NCBI GenBank assembly: GCA_947465215.1 | Contig: CANHZX010000001.1 | Span: 1,718 to 65,717 of the forward strand | From: Betaproteobacteria bacterium | Lineage (GTDB): Bacteria; Pseudomonadota; Gammaproteobacteria; Burkholderiales; SG8-41 | Length of the DNA stretch: 64,000 nt | Reading direction: 5' to 3' | Shown here: positions 36,547-48,013 of the stretch, in pieces | Layout of the letters: every line of letters begins with the position of its first letter | How positions within the stretch are numbered: the stretch's first letter is position 1 | The notes under the pieces: model-generated | What the model was told of the DNA's origin: nothing | What the model saw: only the letters and a program-made list of their open reading frames with translations | Databases searched by the model: none | Position numbers and translations under genes: made by a program

Positions 36547-39260
36547 TCGACGCCCTCCCCTTCGGTCACCGGTTCTCCCAAGCGTTCGCGGATGCGGCAA
36601 AACGGCTGCTGGTCACAGAACTGGCAACTCTGCGGATACCGTTTGGGATCCACTGCGGAAATACCATCGGCAAACTGCGAGGCGATGCGCTGCAGATTCT
36701 CGCCCCAGACCGCGACCAGATCAGTCCACGCCGGATACTGTTCATTATGTTTGGAGTCGGCATGCGCTTTGATGCCGGGCAACAGGTCGCCGTCGCGCGC
36801 CAGTCCGACATAGACCATCTTGCCGGTGCGCACCTGCGCAAAAGCCACGGCGGCAGCATCCGGTTCTGCAGTCAGCAGATACAGCGGCAACTGCGGCTCC
36901 TCGGGACGTTCGCCGAGCATGTCTCCGGCATTGGCCTTGCCGGTTTTGTAATCGATGATGATGCGGCGTCCATCTGCGGTTTCATCAACACGGTCAAGCC
37001 GCGCATTGAGCTGTAGCCCACCGATGGCCATGCCGCGTTTATCCTCGACCGCCAGCACGGTGAATGCGCTGCGCTTGCGGTCTTCATCCAGCCAGGCACG
37101 CGCCAGATTCATCAGGCGCCGCTTTTCGATATCGGCAAAACGACCCGACAATGCGGTCGGTCGCTCTCGCCGGATGCGCTCCATTGCCGCATCAACTGCG
37201 GCATCAAGCAGAACATTCAGCGCATCGGCACTCAATGCATGCAGCGCATCGCTGCTGCGCAACTGCTCCCACACTTTCGCCAGCACGTTGTGCACCAGCG
37301 TGCCGCGCTCCAACGCATCAAGCCCGGCATGCGGCACTTCCGGCGTTTCAGCCTGCAGACGATGCCGGGCCAGCGCACGGAAAGGACATGCCGCCTGATC
37401 CTTGAGCAGCCCGGTACCGCCGCCGGCGACATGTCCATCGGCAAGCGGCGGCGCCTTTTCATCCTTCAAACGCTCAATATTGCGCAGTGCATGAATGCCT
37501 GCGCGAAAATCGGCATACGCCGGAACTTCAAGCCGTCCAGTGTCCATTTCAGCAATCAAGGCACTGGGCCGCAGCTCACGATCATCCTCCTGCAGCGAAT
37601 GACTCAGCACGACCTCATCCGCGGATACACACCAGCGCCCGGTGATGGCGCGCGCTGTCGCCAGCGCTTCAGCCGGTGAAGATTGGGGCAGGCCCGCAGC
37701 GCGCTGCACCGCCAGCGGCAGGAAAGGATTGGGACGCTGCGGAGGCGGCCAGTGCTCGTCATCAAGCCCCATCACCCACAGACTGTCAAAAGTCAGTCCT
37801 GAAGTTTCAAGCACGCCGAGAATCTGGATCGGCACATCGGGAGATTCGGGCTGAAATGGCGAGTCCGACGCCATCCTCCGCAGTCGCGACAGCGCTTCCG
37901 CATAGGCCATCCGCGGAACCACACGGTCCAGTGCGGCGAATCCGGCGATCACGTCATGCCAGCGTTTCAAGGTCTGGTATTCCGCCGAATCCAGCGCACG
38001 TTCACCGGGAAATCCGGCCGCGGCCAGCGCCTCCGAAATGGCACGCGCCCACATCGATGGGGCCTGCGTGCCGAACATACGGTTTTTGCGGAACTCGGCC
38101 AGCGCCGTCAGATGACGCGCCAGTTGCGGACAATCCGCACCATGCCTAACTACCAGATGCTGCAGGCGTTCCAGCGATATCTCCGGCTCAACACGGCCGC
38201 GCAGTTCGACATCGAGCCGTGCGCGTGCAGTGCGCTCTGCTTCAGCACCGGCAATAAACGGCGAGCGCAGCACGCGGCTGGCACGCTCGTACTCGGTCTC
38301 GCGTCCGGCAAGTTCCAGCAGCAGCATGGCGGTATTGACCAGCGGGTAGTCCGTCAAAGACACGCCCAGCGAAAGATTGAAAGGCAATACGTGCGGCGGT
38401 ACGCCGGGCAATGCGTAATCCGGAGCCATGGTCGCGCTGAACAGACGAACGACAGCGGCGCGACGCGCAGCAAGATCCGGCACCACGACGCCGATACGCT
38501 GATGTCCAGCCTCCAGCCGGCTGCGCGCCCAGGCCGCTGCAAGACGGATTTCCTGCTCTGTATCCATACAGGGTTGGCGAACCACACGGCCGTCATGCGC
38601 CGCCGGGCCGGCGAGAATTACTTCGCTCCCGGTCTGCTGCAAGCGGCTGAGAAATTCAGATTGCTGCGGGGTAAAACTGTCGAAGCCGTAGGCCACCAGC
38701 GTCTGCGGTCTGCGGATACAGCCATCAGTCATCAGCGGGAGCACGCGATCCGCCAGCTCCACTGCATCCATCAGCCCGTTGCGTTGCAGGACTCGTTCAT
38801 ATCGCGGGGCCCAGTCTTGAAAAGCCTTGCTGTCTTCGTTCTGGGCAGCCCCGCGCAGCTGCGGCTCCAGCCGCCAGGCGCGGGTCAGTTGCCAGGCTTC
38901 ATGCGCCAGACGCGCTGCATCGGCAACCGCAAGCAGCGCTTCGCCAGAAGGTGAAGCTCGCAGCAGGTGTTCCCAAAGGGCGTGTGACTGCGCCTTCGAC
39001 AGCAGCAGCGGCAACGGGGCAATGTCGGCATACCGCGCATCCTCGCCGGCACGTTCGAGAAATCCGGACCAGGACAGAATGTCCGCGGACTCCCAGAGAA
39101 CGCGGCCCTCCGCCATCTGGCGTTCGCCGAATTCTCTCTGCAACACCAACGACAGCCGCTGGTTGGGCGTCACGACGCAAGGAGTCCCTGCCGGCGACTG
39201 TGTCAGCCGGTCAAATACCTCGTCGCGGGAAATCGTGTGAAATAAAGCGCCGGCAGCCAT
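36543..39260 (-). CDS. PD-(D/E)XK nuclease family protein (AddB-like) with Fe-S cysteine set
   Basis: C-terminal LDRVD...IIDYKTGK nuclease motif. Cys pattern C...CxxCxxxxxC (ACPFRAL ... SCQFCDQQPFC). No Walker A seen. Confidence 0.8.
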   Translation of the reverse strand: MAAGALFHTISRDEVFDRLTQSPAGTPCVVTPNQRLSLVLQREFGERQMAEGRVLWESADILSWSGFLERAGEDARYADIAPLPLLLSKAQSHALWEHLLRASPSGEALLAVADAARLAHEAWQLTRAWRLEPQLRGAAQNEDSKAFQDWAPRYERVLQRNGLMDAVELADRVLPLMTDGCIRRPQTLVAYGFDSFTPQQSEFLSRLQQTGSEVILAGPAAHDGRVVRQPCMDTEQEIRLAAAWARSRLEAGHQRIGVVVPDLAARRAAVVRLFSATMAPDYALPGVPPHVLPFNLSLGVSLTDYPLVNTAMLLLELAGRETEYERASRVLRSPFIAGAEAERTARARLDVELRGRVEPEISLERLQHLVVRHGADCPQLARHLTALAEFRKNRMFGTQAPSMWARAISEALAAAGFPGERALDSAEYQTLKRWHDVIAGFAALDRVVPRMAYAEALSRLRRMASDSPFQPESPDVPIQILGVLETSGLTFDSLWVMGLDDEHWPPPQRPNPFLPLAVQRAAGLPQSSPAEALATARAITGRWCVSADEVVLSHSLQEDDRELRPSALIAEMDTGRLEVPAYADFRAGIHALRNIERLKDEKAPPLADGHVAGGGTGLLKDQAACPFRALARHRLQAETPEVPHAGLDALERGTLVHNVLAKVWEQLRSSDALHALSADALNVLLDAAVDAAMERIRRERPTALSGRFADIEKRRLMNLARAWLDEDRKRSAFTVLAVEDKRGMAIGGLQLNARLDRVDETADGRRIIIDYKTGKANAGDMLGERPEEPQLPLYLLTAEPDAAAVAFAQVRTGKMVYVGLARDGDLLPGIKAHADSKHNEQYPAWTDLVAVWGENLQRIASQFADGISAVDPKRYPQSCQFCDQQPFCRIRERLGEPVTEGEGVE

Positions 39261-39306
39261 GGGCAGGAATGATAAACCTGCCGCCGCAACGGCGCTTTGA
39301 AGGCAG

Positions 39307-39630
39307 TTACTTCTCGATCAAATGCTTTTTCGCTTTGACCTTCGCCCACTCGTCGGCATCGGCGGGTGCATCTTTTTTCTCGATGATCGGCTTCCAGACC
39401 TTGGCCAGTTCGGCATTCAGCGCTGTGAATTCGCGCTGATCGTCCGGCACGTCATCCTCCGCAAAAATAGCCTCAACCGGGCATTCCGCCACACAAAGCG
39501 TGCAGTCGATGCATTCGTCAGGATCGATCACCAGCATGTTCGGCCCTTCGCGGAAACAATCCACGGGGCAAACATCGACGCAATCGGAATATTTGCACTT
39601 GATGCAGGACTCGGTAACAACGTAAGTCAT
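39307..39630 (-). CDS. fdxA: 7Fe ferredoxin (Azotobacter FdI type)
   Basis: [51 protein letters not shown]. Confidence 0.95.
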   Translation of the reverse strand: MTYVVTESCIKCKYSDCVDVCPVDCFREGPNMLVIDPDECIDCTLCVAECPVEAIFAEDDVPDDQREFTALNAELAKVWKPIIEKKDAPADADEWAKVKAKKHLIEK

Positions 39631-39827
39631 GGAAATTCCTGAAAAACCAGGGTTGAAATGGCTGCGGGAACCCTCATTTTAGCAGATGCCGGATTTCAGG
39701 AAACGCCACGCCCCAAAGCGGTGCCCGGCTTCCCAAATGCGGGGTTTTTGGATAGCATGGCCTTTCCATTCCTCGCTGCGGCCCCGCGGCAAAATTTTTT
39801 TCCATACCCGACAAGGCAGAACTCAAC

Positions 39828-40154
39828 ATGAGTGAGCATATTCATCACGTAACCGATGATTCTTTTGACCCCGAGGTGCTGCAATCGGCAACCCCGGTCC
39901 TGGTGGACTACTGGGCAGAGTGGTGCGGCCCCTGCAAGATGATCGCGCCGATCCTTGACGAAGTCGCCCGCGAATACTCCGGCCGCCTGAAAGTGGCCAA
40001 ACTGAATATCGACGACAACCAGGCGACACCGCCCAAGTATGGTATTCGCGGCATTCCGACGCTGATGCTGTTCAAGAACGGTTCGGTCGAGGCGACCAAG
40101 GTCGGCGCCCTCTCAAAATCCCAGCTGACCGCGTTTATTGACAGTCATATCTGA
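39828..40154 (+). CDS. trxA: thioredoxin
   Basis: WAEWCGPCK active site. 108 aa. Confidence 0.95.
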   Translation: MSEHIHHVTDDSFDPEVLQSATPVLVDYWAEWCGPCKMIAPILDEVAREYSGRLKVAKLNIDDNQATPPKYGIRGIPTLMLFKNGSVEATKVGALSKSQLTAFIDSHI

Positions 40155-40168
40155 ACGCTATAACCTTC

Positions 40169-40246
40169 GCCAACGCCTGACTAAAAGGCCGCCGCAATCC
40201 GGCAGGCTCAATACCAAAAGCAGTAAAAGATAATTCAGGCGTTGGC
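40169..40246 (+). repeat. 12-bp perfect inverted repeat in the trxA-rho intergenic region
   Basis: GCCAACGCCTGA (40169..40180) and TCAGGCGTTGGC (40235..40246), separated by 54 nt. Confidence 0.6.
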
Positions 40247-40327
40247 ACCGTTTCACGCAGCACCGCCTTCCCCCCCTTAAATTTCCCTGTTTCTTTCTCC
40301 GTTTCTCGCGATCAGCGCTCGAAGTCC

Positions 40328-41587
40328 ATGCATTTATCCGACCTAAAAAATCTCCACGTCGGCGAACTCGTCGATATGGCCGTCAAGAATGAGATCGACG
40401 GCGCCAACCGCCTGCGCAAGCAGGAACTCATCTTCGCGTTGCTCAAGAATCAGGCGAAGAAAGGGGAATCCATTTTCGGCGGGGGCACGCTCGAAGTGCT
40501 GCCCGACGGTTTCGGCTTCCTCCGTTCCCCGGATACCTCGTATCTGGCCGGCACCGATGACATTTATGTCTCGCCCTCGCAGATCCGCCGCTTCAATCTG
40601 CACACCGGCGACACCATTGAAGGCGAAATCCGCACGCCGAAGGAAGGCGAACGTTATTTCGCGCTGGTGAAAGTCGACAAAGTCAATGACGACTCGCCCG
40701 AAAATTCCAAGCACAAGATCCTCTTTGAGAATCTGACGCCGTACCACCCGACCGAACACCTCAAGCTCGAACGCGACATCAAGGCCGAGGAAAACTTCAC
40801 CGGCCGCATCATCGACATCATCGCCCCGATCGGCAAAGGCCAGCGCGGCCTGATCGTGTCACCGCCGAAAGCCGGCAAAACCGTGCTGATGCAGCACATT
40901 GCCCACGCCATTACCGCCAACCATCCCGAAGTCGTGCTGATCGTTCTGCTGATCGACGAACGGCCGGAAGAGGTGACGGAAATGCAGCGTTCGGTGAAAG
41001 GCGAAGTTCTTTCTTCGACCTTCGACGAACCCGCCAGCCGCCATGTGCAGGTCGCCGAAATGGTGATCGAAAAAGCCAAGCGCTTGGTTGAACATAAAAA
41101 AGACGTAGTGATTCTGCTCGACTCGATCACCCGCCTCGCCCGCGCCTACAACACTGTGGTACCGGCCTCCGGCAAGGTGCTGACCGGCGGTGTCGATGCC
41201 AACGCTCTGCAACGTCCGAAACGCTTCTTCGGTGCCGCACGTAACGTCGAAGAAGGCGGCAGCCTGACCATCCTCGCCACCGCGCTGATCGATACCGGTT
41301 CGCGCATGGACGATGTAATTTACGAGGAATTTAAAGGCACCGGCAATATGGAAATCCATCTTGACCGGCGCATGTATGAGAAGCGCATCTTCCCGGCCAT
41401 CAACGTCAACCGTTCCGGCACTCGTCGTGAAGAACTGCTGGTGCCGAAGGATGTGCTGCAAAAAATCTGGGTGCTGCGCAAGCTGCTGTATCCGATGGAC
41501 GAACTGGAAGCGACCGAGTTCCTGCTCGACAAGGTCCGCGCAACCAAAAACAACGCGGACTTCTTCGATTCGATGCGCCGCGGTTAA
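40328..41587 (+). CDS. rho: transcription termination factor Rho
   Basis: 419 aa. N-terminal [21 protein letters not shown]-binding domain, Walker A PPKAGKT. Confidence 0.97.
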   Translation: MHLSDLKNLHVGELVDMAVKNEIDGANRLRKQELIFALLKNQAKKGESIFGGGTLEVLPDGFGFLRSPDTSYLAGTDDIYVSPSQIRRFNLHTGDTIEGEIRTPKEGERYFALVKVDKVNDDSPENSKHKILFENLTPYHPTEHLKLERDIKAEENFTGRIIDIIAPIGKGQRGLIVSPPKAGKTVLMQHIAHAITANHPEVVLIVLLIDERPEEVTEMQRSVKGEVLSSTFDEPASRHVQVAEMVIEKAKRLVEHKKDVVILLDSITRLARAYNTVVPASGKVLTGGVDANALQRPKRFFGAARNVEEGGSLTILATALIDTGSRMDDVIYEEFKGTGNMEIHLDRRMYEKRIFPAINVNRSGTRREELLVPKDVLQKIWVLRKLLYPMDELEATEFLLDKVRATKNNADFFDSMRRG

Positions 41588-41623
41588 CCAGGCCTCAGGC
41601 AACAAAACAGCATCTGATCCACG

Positions 41624-41652
41624 ACACCCGGCCCTGCGCCGGGTGTTTTGCT
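41624..41652 (+). terminator. rho-independent terminator after rho
   Basis: ACACCCGGCcctgcGCCGGGTGTtttg. Confidence 0.7.
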
Positions 41653-41828
41653 TCTACGGCAGCCTTTCCGGCACCCACCTGTTTTTATCGGCATCGCCCC
41701 GACCAGGGGAATGACTACCCCCCGGCGCCTGTTTACCTGATACTGCATCGTTGCAGTCCGCTCCTCCGGGCACGGGATTAAAATCATCCGTTCCAGGGAG
41801 GTCACTTTTTATTGTGAAGGAGCCAAAT

Positions 41829-42254
41829 ATGAACCGATTCCTACTGATTCCGCTGATCCTGCTGGCCGGTTGCGCTCAACTCCCGCCGCCTGCCGGAGAC
41901 GCTGCTGCCAAGCGCTTTGAAACCGTCCCCGATCGCGCCGTCATTTACGTGGTACGGCACATCCATGACAGAAATTTTCCCGCCCCGATCCGTATCGACG
42001 AGCAGCCCATCGGCACCACCTACCGCGCGACCTTCATGCGTCTGGTCGTGCCTTCAGGCCGCCATCAGATTGCCGGCATGGCGGGCGACAGCGGAAGTAT
42101 TGAGCTTCAGGCCGACGCGGGGAAAATTTATTACGTCAATCAGACCACCTGGGGATACGACTCGCTCTCCAGCTCGAAGTTTGATCTTGTCGACGAGAAA
42201 TACGGACGGTCCACCGCGCTCCTCGGTACTCTGAATACCGAATACATCCGCTAA
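41829..42254 (+). CDS. lipoprotein, DUF2846-like
   Basis: Lipobox LLAGC. AAGGAG RBS. A VIYVVR-type strand as in DUF2846 (assigned from memory). Confidence 0.6.
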   Translation: MNRFLLIPLILLAGCAQLPPPAGDAAAKRFETVPDRAVIYVVRHIHDRNFPAPIRIDEQPIGTTYRATFMRLVVPSGRHQIAGMAGDSGSIELQADAGKIYYVNQTTWGYDSLSSSKFDLVDEKYGRSTALLGTLNTEYIR

Positions 42255-42682
42255 TGAATTGCAGACTGCGAACCGTGGCGGCCATCGTGCCGTTAATGCT
42301 CGCAGCCTGCGCCTCCACTCCCGAAGCGTCACCCGAACGGGATCGGGAAGCCAAACAATTCGTCAGCCAGCCCGGCAGCAGCACGCTTTATGTCTACCGG
42401 ACGGATGGAAACCATCGCAGTGACGACTCCTTGCTCTGGATCAACGGCAGACTGATTGGCGCCACCCTGCCACTGACCTTTTTCAAAGTTGACCTGGACC
42501 CGGACAGGCAAAATCTATCCAGTTTTGGGGTCGACAACGGGGTGCTGGCGCTCGAAACCCGCCCCGGAGAGGCCTATTTCATTCACCTTCAGGTAATAGC
42601 GGGCCATTCCCGCTTCGAGACGGTTGCTCCCGAGCAGGCCAGGCTGGAACTGCCCGATTGCTGTGGTTTGCTCGAAAACTGA
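42254..42682 (+). CDS. lipoprotein, DUF2846-like paralog
   Basis: Lipobox LAAC. STLYVYR. The start overlaps the previous stop (TAATG). Confidence 0.6.
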   Translation: MNCRLRTVAAIVPLMLAACASTPEASPERDREAKQFVSQPGSSTLYVYRTDGNHRSDDSLLWINGRLIGATLPLTFFKVDLDPDRQNLSSFGVDNGVLALETRPGEAYFIHLQVIAGHSRFETVAPEQARLELPDCCGLLEN

Positions 42683-42700
42683 CGGCCGGGGCAACACCTC

Positions 42701-42729
42701 TTGCTTCGATAGCCGAATTCCGTGATAAT
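42701..42729 (+). promoter_or_regulatory. sigma-70 promoter candidate for rpmE
   Basis: TTGCTT-N17-GATAAT, 47 nt upstream of the rpmE ATG. Confidence 0.5.
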
Positions 42730-42775
42730 TACCGGTTTCCCGCCTTATTGCGGGCACCACGCTCAGGATACCGCC

Positions 42776-43009
42776 ATGAAAGCCGACGTACACCCGGAAT
42801 ACATTGAAATTTCAGTAGCTTGCAGCTGCGGAAACAAATGGCAGACGCGCTCGACCATGGCCAAAGACCTCCATGTCGAGGTTTGCTCGGCCTGCCATCC
42901 TTTCTACACTGGCAAGCAGAAGATCCTCGACACCGCCGGTCGCGTCGAGAAATTCAACCAGAAATACGGCAAACGCACGCCGGCCAAGGCCAAAGAAGCC
43001 GCAGCCTGA
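42776..43009 (+). CDS. rpmE: 50S ribosomal protein L31 (Zn-ribbon type A)
   Basis: MKADVHPEY...CSCGNKW...[13 protein letters not shown]. Confidence 0.95.
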   Translation: MKADVHPEYIEISVACSCGNKWQTRSTMAKDLHVEVCSACHPFYTGKQKILDTAGRVEKFNQKYGKRTPAKAKEAAA

Positions 43010-43033
43010 TGCTTTTTGCGTAGCAAATAAATT

Positions 43034-43065
43034 AGGGCAGCCTGTCGGGCTGCCCTTTGTTTTTG
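43034..43065 (+). terminator. rho-independent terminator after rpmE
   Basis: AGGGCAGCCtgtcgGGCTGCCCTttgtttttg. Confidence 0.8.
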
Positions 43066-43116
43066 TGGCGACCGGAGCGAACCCCGGCGCCTTATCCACC
43101 TCGAGGAAGCCATCCC

Positions 43117-44175
43117 ATGAAAACATTCCGTATCGCCGCAATTCCCGGTGACGGCATCGGCAAGGAAGTGATGCCCGAAGGCCTGCGCGTGCTGGAAGCC
43201 GTCGGCCGCAAGTTCGACATCCGTTTCCAGTTTGATGAATTCGACTGGAGCTGCGATTACTACGTCAAGCACGGCAAGATGATGCCGGATGACAGCCTGA
43301 AGATGCTCGAAAAACACGATGCCGTGTATTTCGGAGCTGCCGGCTGGCCGGAAACTGTGCCTGACCACATCTCGCTGTGGGGGCTGCTGATTCCGTTCCG
43401 CCGCGGCTACGATCAGTACGTAAATCTGCGCCCGGTGCGGCTGATGCCGGGCATGAAATGCCCGCTCGCCAACCGTAAAGTCGGCGACATCGATTTCTGG
43501 GTGGTACGCGAAAACAGCGAGGGGGAATATTCATCGGTGGGCGGCCGCATGTTCGGCGGCACCGATCGCGAATTTGTCACCCAGCAGGCGATCTTCTCTC
43601 GCCAAGGCGTCGACCGTATTCTCAAATTCGCCTATGAACTGGCAAAAAAACGCCCGAAAAAACACCTGACTTCGGCAACCAAATCCAACGGCATTTCGAT
43701 CTCGATGCCGTACTGGGATGAACGCGTCAAGGAAATGGCGGCGAAATATCCCGACGTCAAAACCGACCAGTACCACATCGACATCCTGTCCGCGCATTTC
43801 GTCATGCACCCGGACTGGTTCGACGTCGTTGTCGCCTCCAATCTGTTCGGCGACATTCTTTCGGATCTCGGCCCTGCAGCGACCGGCACCATCGGCATTG
43901 CGCCGTCGGCAAACATGAATCCGGAGAAAAAATTTCCGTCGTTGTTTGAACCGGTGCACGGTTCCGCGCCGGACATCTACGGCAAAAAAATCGCCAACCC
44001 GGTCGGCATGATCTGGGCCGGCGCGATGATGCTGGATCACCTGGGCTGCGAAGAGGCCGGTGCTGCCGTTGTCAAAGCCATTGAATCCGTGTTGCTGGAA
44101 GGTCCGAAAACGCCCGACCTTGGCGGCAAGGCCAACACCGCGGATCTCGGCAAAGCAATCGCCGAAGCGATCTAG
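43117..44175 (+). CDS. tartrate dehydrogenase/decarboxylase / D-malate dehydrogenase (isocitrate/isopropylmalate dehydrogenase family)
   Basis: IAAIPGDGIGKEV, VRENSEGEYS, NLFGDILSDL, EPVHGSAPDI. Collinear with my recollection of Pseudomonas TDH. Confidence 0.85.
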   Translation: MKTFRIAAIPGDGIGKEVMPEGLRVLEAVGRKFDIRFQFDEFDWSCDYYVKHGKMMPDDSLKMLEKHDAVYFGAAGWPETVPDHISLWGLLIPFRRGYDQYVNLRPVRLMPGMKCPLANRKVGDIDFWVVRENSEGEYSSVGGRMFGGTDREFVTQQAIFSRQGVDRILKFAYELAKKRPKKHLTSATKSNGISISMPYWDERVKEMAAKYPDVKTDQYHIDILSAHFVMHPDWFDVVVASNLFGDILSDLGPAATGTIGIAPSANMNPEKKFPSLFEPVHGSAPDIYGKKIANPVGMIWAGAMMLDHLGCEEAGAAVVKAIESVLLEGPKTPDLGGKANTADLGKAIAEAI

Positions 44176-44184
44176 TCCAGGCGC

Positions 44185-45786
44185 TCAGTAAGCAGCAACA
44201 GCACCGTCGCTGCGAGGATCCGCTCCACCCTCAAGCACACCGTCGGCATGCCGGATGATCATCCCGGCATGACCGACGGTTTCGTCGTACGCACCGATGA
44301 TTTCAACATCGTGGCCTCGTTCGCTCAGTTCGCGCACGACGCTGGTGTCGAATCGTGATTCCAGTTTCAGTGACTCGCTGGGCTTGCCCCAGGTACGGCC
44401 GAGCAGCCATCGCGGCGCGCTCACTGCAGCCTGCGGCGACATGCCGTGCGCGATGGCACGGGTGAATATCGCGCACTGGGTTTGCGGCTGACCATCTCCG
44501 CCCATCGTGCCGTAAACCACCGTGCGCCCGTCGGATAACCGGGCCATGGCGGGATTAAGCGTGTGAAAAGGTTTGCGACCCGGCTCCAGCGCATTAAGCG
44601 CCGCGGCATCCAATGAAAAACTGCAACCCCGGTTCTGCCAGTTGACACCAGTGCCCTGCAACACGATGCCGGAGCCGAACTCGTGATAGATGCTCTGGAT
44701 GAACGACACCGCACGTCCCGCTCCATCGATCACCCCCATCCAGATGGTGTCACCGGCCTGCGTCTTCCCGCCCCAGGGTTCGGCACGACGACGGTCAATG
44801 CACCGCGCCAGTGCATGCACATGTTCCGGCTTGAGCAGGTCCTGCGCTGCGACTTTCATATAGCGCGGATCCGTGACATATCGATCACGTACGCGGAAAG
44901 CCTGCTTGGTCGCCTCGACGCAAAGATGCACATGGTCAGCGCTGCCCTGCGGCACCGCTGCAATATCCAGCGCATCAAGAATGCCGACGATCAACAGTGA
45001 AATCACCCCCTGTGTCGGCGGCGTCATGTTGTGCACGCTACCTGCTGAGTGCTGCAATGTCAGCGGATCCACCAGCTGCGCCTGGTGCGCCGCCAGATCG
45101 CGTGCGCTTACCGGGCTGCCGATACGTGCCAGATCTTCGGCCAGCGATTGTGCCAATTCACCGCGATAAAAATCCGACGTACCGGCCCGCGCAATCCGCT
45201 CCAGTGTGTCTGCGAGCCGGCGCTGGTAAAAACGGCTGCCAGCCGCAGGGGCTGCGCCATCAATCAGGAAAGTTTCGGCAAATCCCGGTTGGATCCGCAG
45301 CTCGTCGAGCTTGGCCGCCGTCAGGGAGGACTGGCTCAAGGTGACCGGAATCCCGTTCCTGGCGTAATGAATCGCATCCTCCAGCAGACGGCTCAGCGGC
45401 AAGCGCCCGCCAAGAGCCTTGCGCGACAGCGTATGCGCAGCGCCCCACCCTGAAATCGTACCGGCCACGGTATTGGCGGCCACACCACCGCGATGCGGAA
45501 TACTGCTGCGGTGCCCCCTCTCGGCATACCAGTCGCGGGAAGCCATCCCTGCAGCCGCCCCGCAGGCATCAATAGCGCCAGGCGCCTCCCCCGGCACGTG
45601 CATGAGCCAAAAGCTGTCGCCGCCGATGGAATTCATATGCGGGTAAACGACCGCAATCGTCGCCGCTGCCGCAATCATCGCCTCAATGGCATTACCGCCT
45701 TCGCGCAGCACCGCCAGTGCAGACTGTGAGGCCAGCGCATGCGGAGCCACGGCCATACCCCGCAATCCACGGGTTGAATTGATCAT
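44185..45786 (-). CDS. gamma-glutamyltransferase family protein (no signal peptide)
   Basis: GGT-family blocks including the autoprocessing region (TMGGDGQP). 533 aa. Confidence 0.8.
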   Translation of the reverse strand: MINSTRGLRGMAVAPHALASQSALAVLREGGNAIEAMIAAAATIAVVYPHMNSIGGDSFWLMHVPGEAPGAIDACGAAAGMASRDWYAERGHRSSIPHRGGVAANTVAGTISGWGAAHTLSRKALGGRLPLSRLLEDAIHYARNGIPVTLSQSSLTAAKLDELRIQPGFAETFLIDGAAPAAGSRFYQRRLADTLERIARAGTSDFYRGELAQSLAEDLARIGSPVSARDLAAHQAQLVDPLTLQHSAGSVHNMTPPTQGVISLLIVGILDALDIAAVPQGSADHVHLCVEATKQAFRVRDRYVTDPRYMKVAAQDLLKPEHVHALARCIDRRRAEPWGGKTQAGDTIWMGVIDGAGRAVSFIQSIYHEFGSGIVLQGTGVNWQNRGCSFSLDAAALNALEPGRKPFHTLNPAMARLSDGRTVVYGTMGGDGQPQTQCAIFTRAIAHGMSPQAAVSAPRWLLGRTWGKPSESLKLESRFDTSVVRELSERGHDVEIIGAYDETVGHAGMIIRHADGVLEGGADPRSDGAVAAY

Positions 45787-45939
45787 CGTTTATCTCCGGA
45801 TTTCGCGAGGGGAAAATGCTTTTGCAAAGGGGCGCGCTATATTTTTTATTTTATCCCAAGCCATAAACATGGGCATGAATATTGCTATAGGATGACGTTA
45901 ATTTCACGACTGAATTTACCCTTTTTTCCGGATACCCCA

Positions 45940-46475
45940 ATGGATGCACTAATCCGTTTTTCCATTCTGATCGACAAGATCAACGAGAAGTTCGGACTCA
46001 TCGCTAGCTGGCTAGTGCTGATTGCCTGCCTCATCAGCGCCGGCAATGCCATGATGCGCTACGGCTTCAACCTGAGCTCGAATGCGTGGCTGGAAATCCA
46101 GTGGTATTTATTCGGCGGCATGGTCATGCTGGGATCCGCCTACACGCTGAAGGTCAACGAGCATGTGCGGGTGGATGTCCTGTACAGCCACTACAGCGAC
46201 CGTACCCGACTATGGATTGACCTGCTCGGTGGCATTTTCTTCCTCTTACCGATGGCCATCATCATCGGGTGGCTGTCCTGGCCGATGTTCATCAATTCAT
46301 TCCACATCGGCGAAACCTCAGGCAATTCAGGCGGCCTGCTGCGCTGGCCGGTAAAACTGCTGTTGCCGCTGGGATTTCTGCTGATCACCCTGCAGGGCAT
46401 TTCTGAAATCATCAAACGGGCGGCCGCCCTGACTGGTCATCTTGCTCTTGATGCCCACTACGAAAGGCCCCTGCA

Positions 46476-46479
<4 letters not shown>
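45940..46479 (+). CDS. TRAP transporter small permease (DctQ-like)
   Basis: Four hydrophobic segments. ATGA overlap with the large permease gene. Confidence 0.8.
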
Positions 46480-47951
<1,472 letters not shown>

Positions 47952-47967
47952 GTCCGGCCACAGGTAA

Positions 47968-48000
47968 TAAAAAAGCCCCGCAAGTGCGGGGCTTTTTTTG
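47968..48000. terminator. bidirectional rho-independent terminator
   Basis: aaaaaAGCCCCGCaagtGCGGGGCTttttttt between convergent TRAP genes. Confidence 0.85.
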
Positions 48001-48013
48001 ACCACGACCTTCG

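Noticed and set aside
33115-38954. Multiple 100-414-aa plus-strand ORFs (for example 33115..34032, 35569..36813, 37956..38954) antisense to the AddA/AddB-like genes.
   Set aside because: They show the same shadow-ORF signature, and the minus-strand proteins carry unambiguous helicase and nuclease motifs.
45809-45826. Sigma-54-like GGGGAAAATGCTTTTGCA upstream of the TRAP small-permease gene.
   Set aside because: The GG-to-GC spacing does not fit the -24/-12 register, and the -24 element (GGAAAA) is far from TGGCAC.
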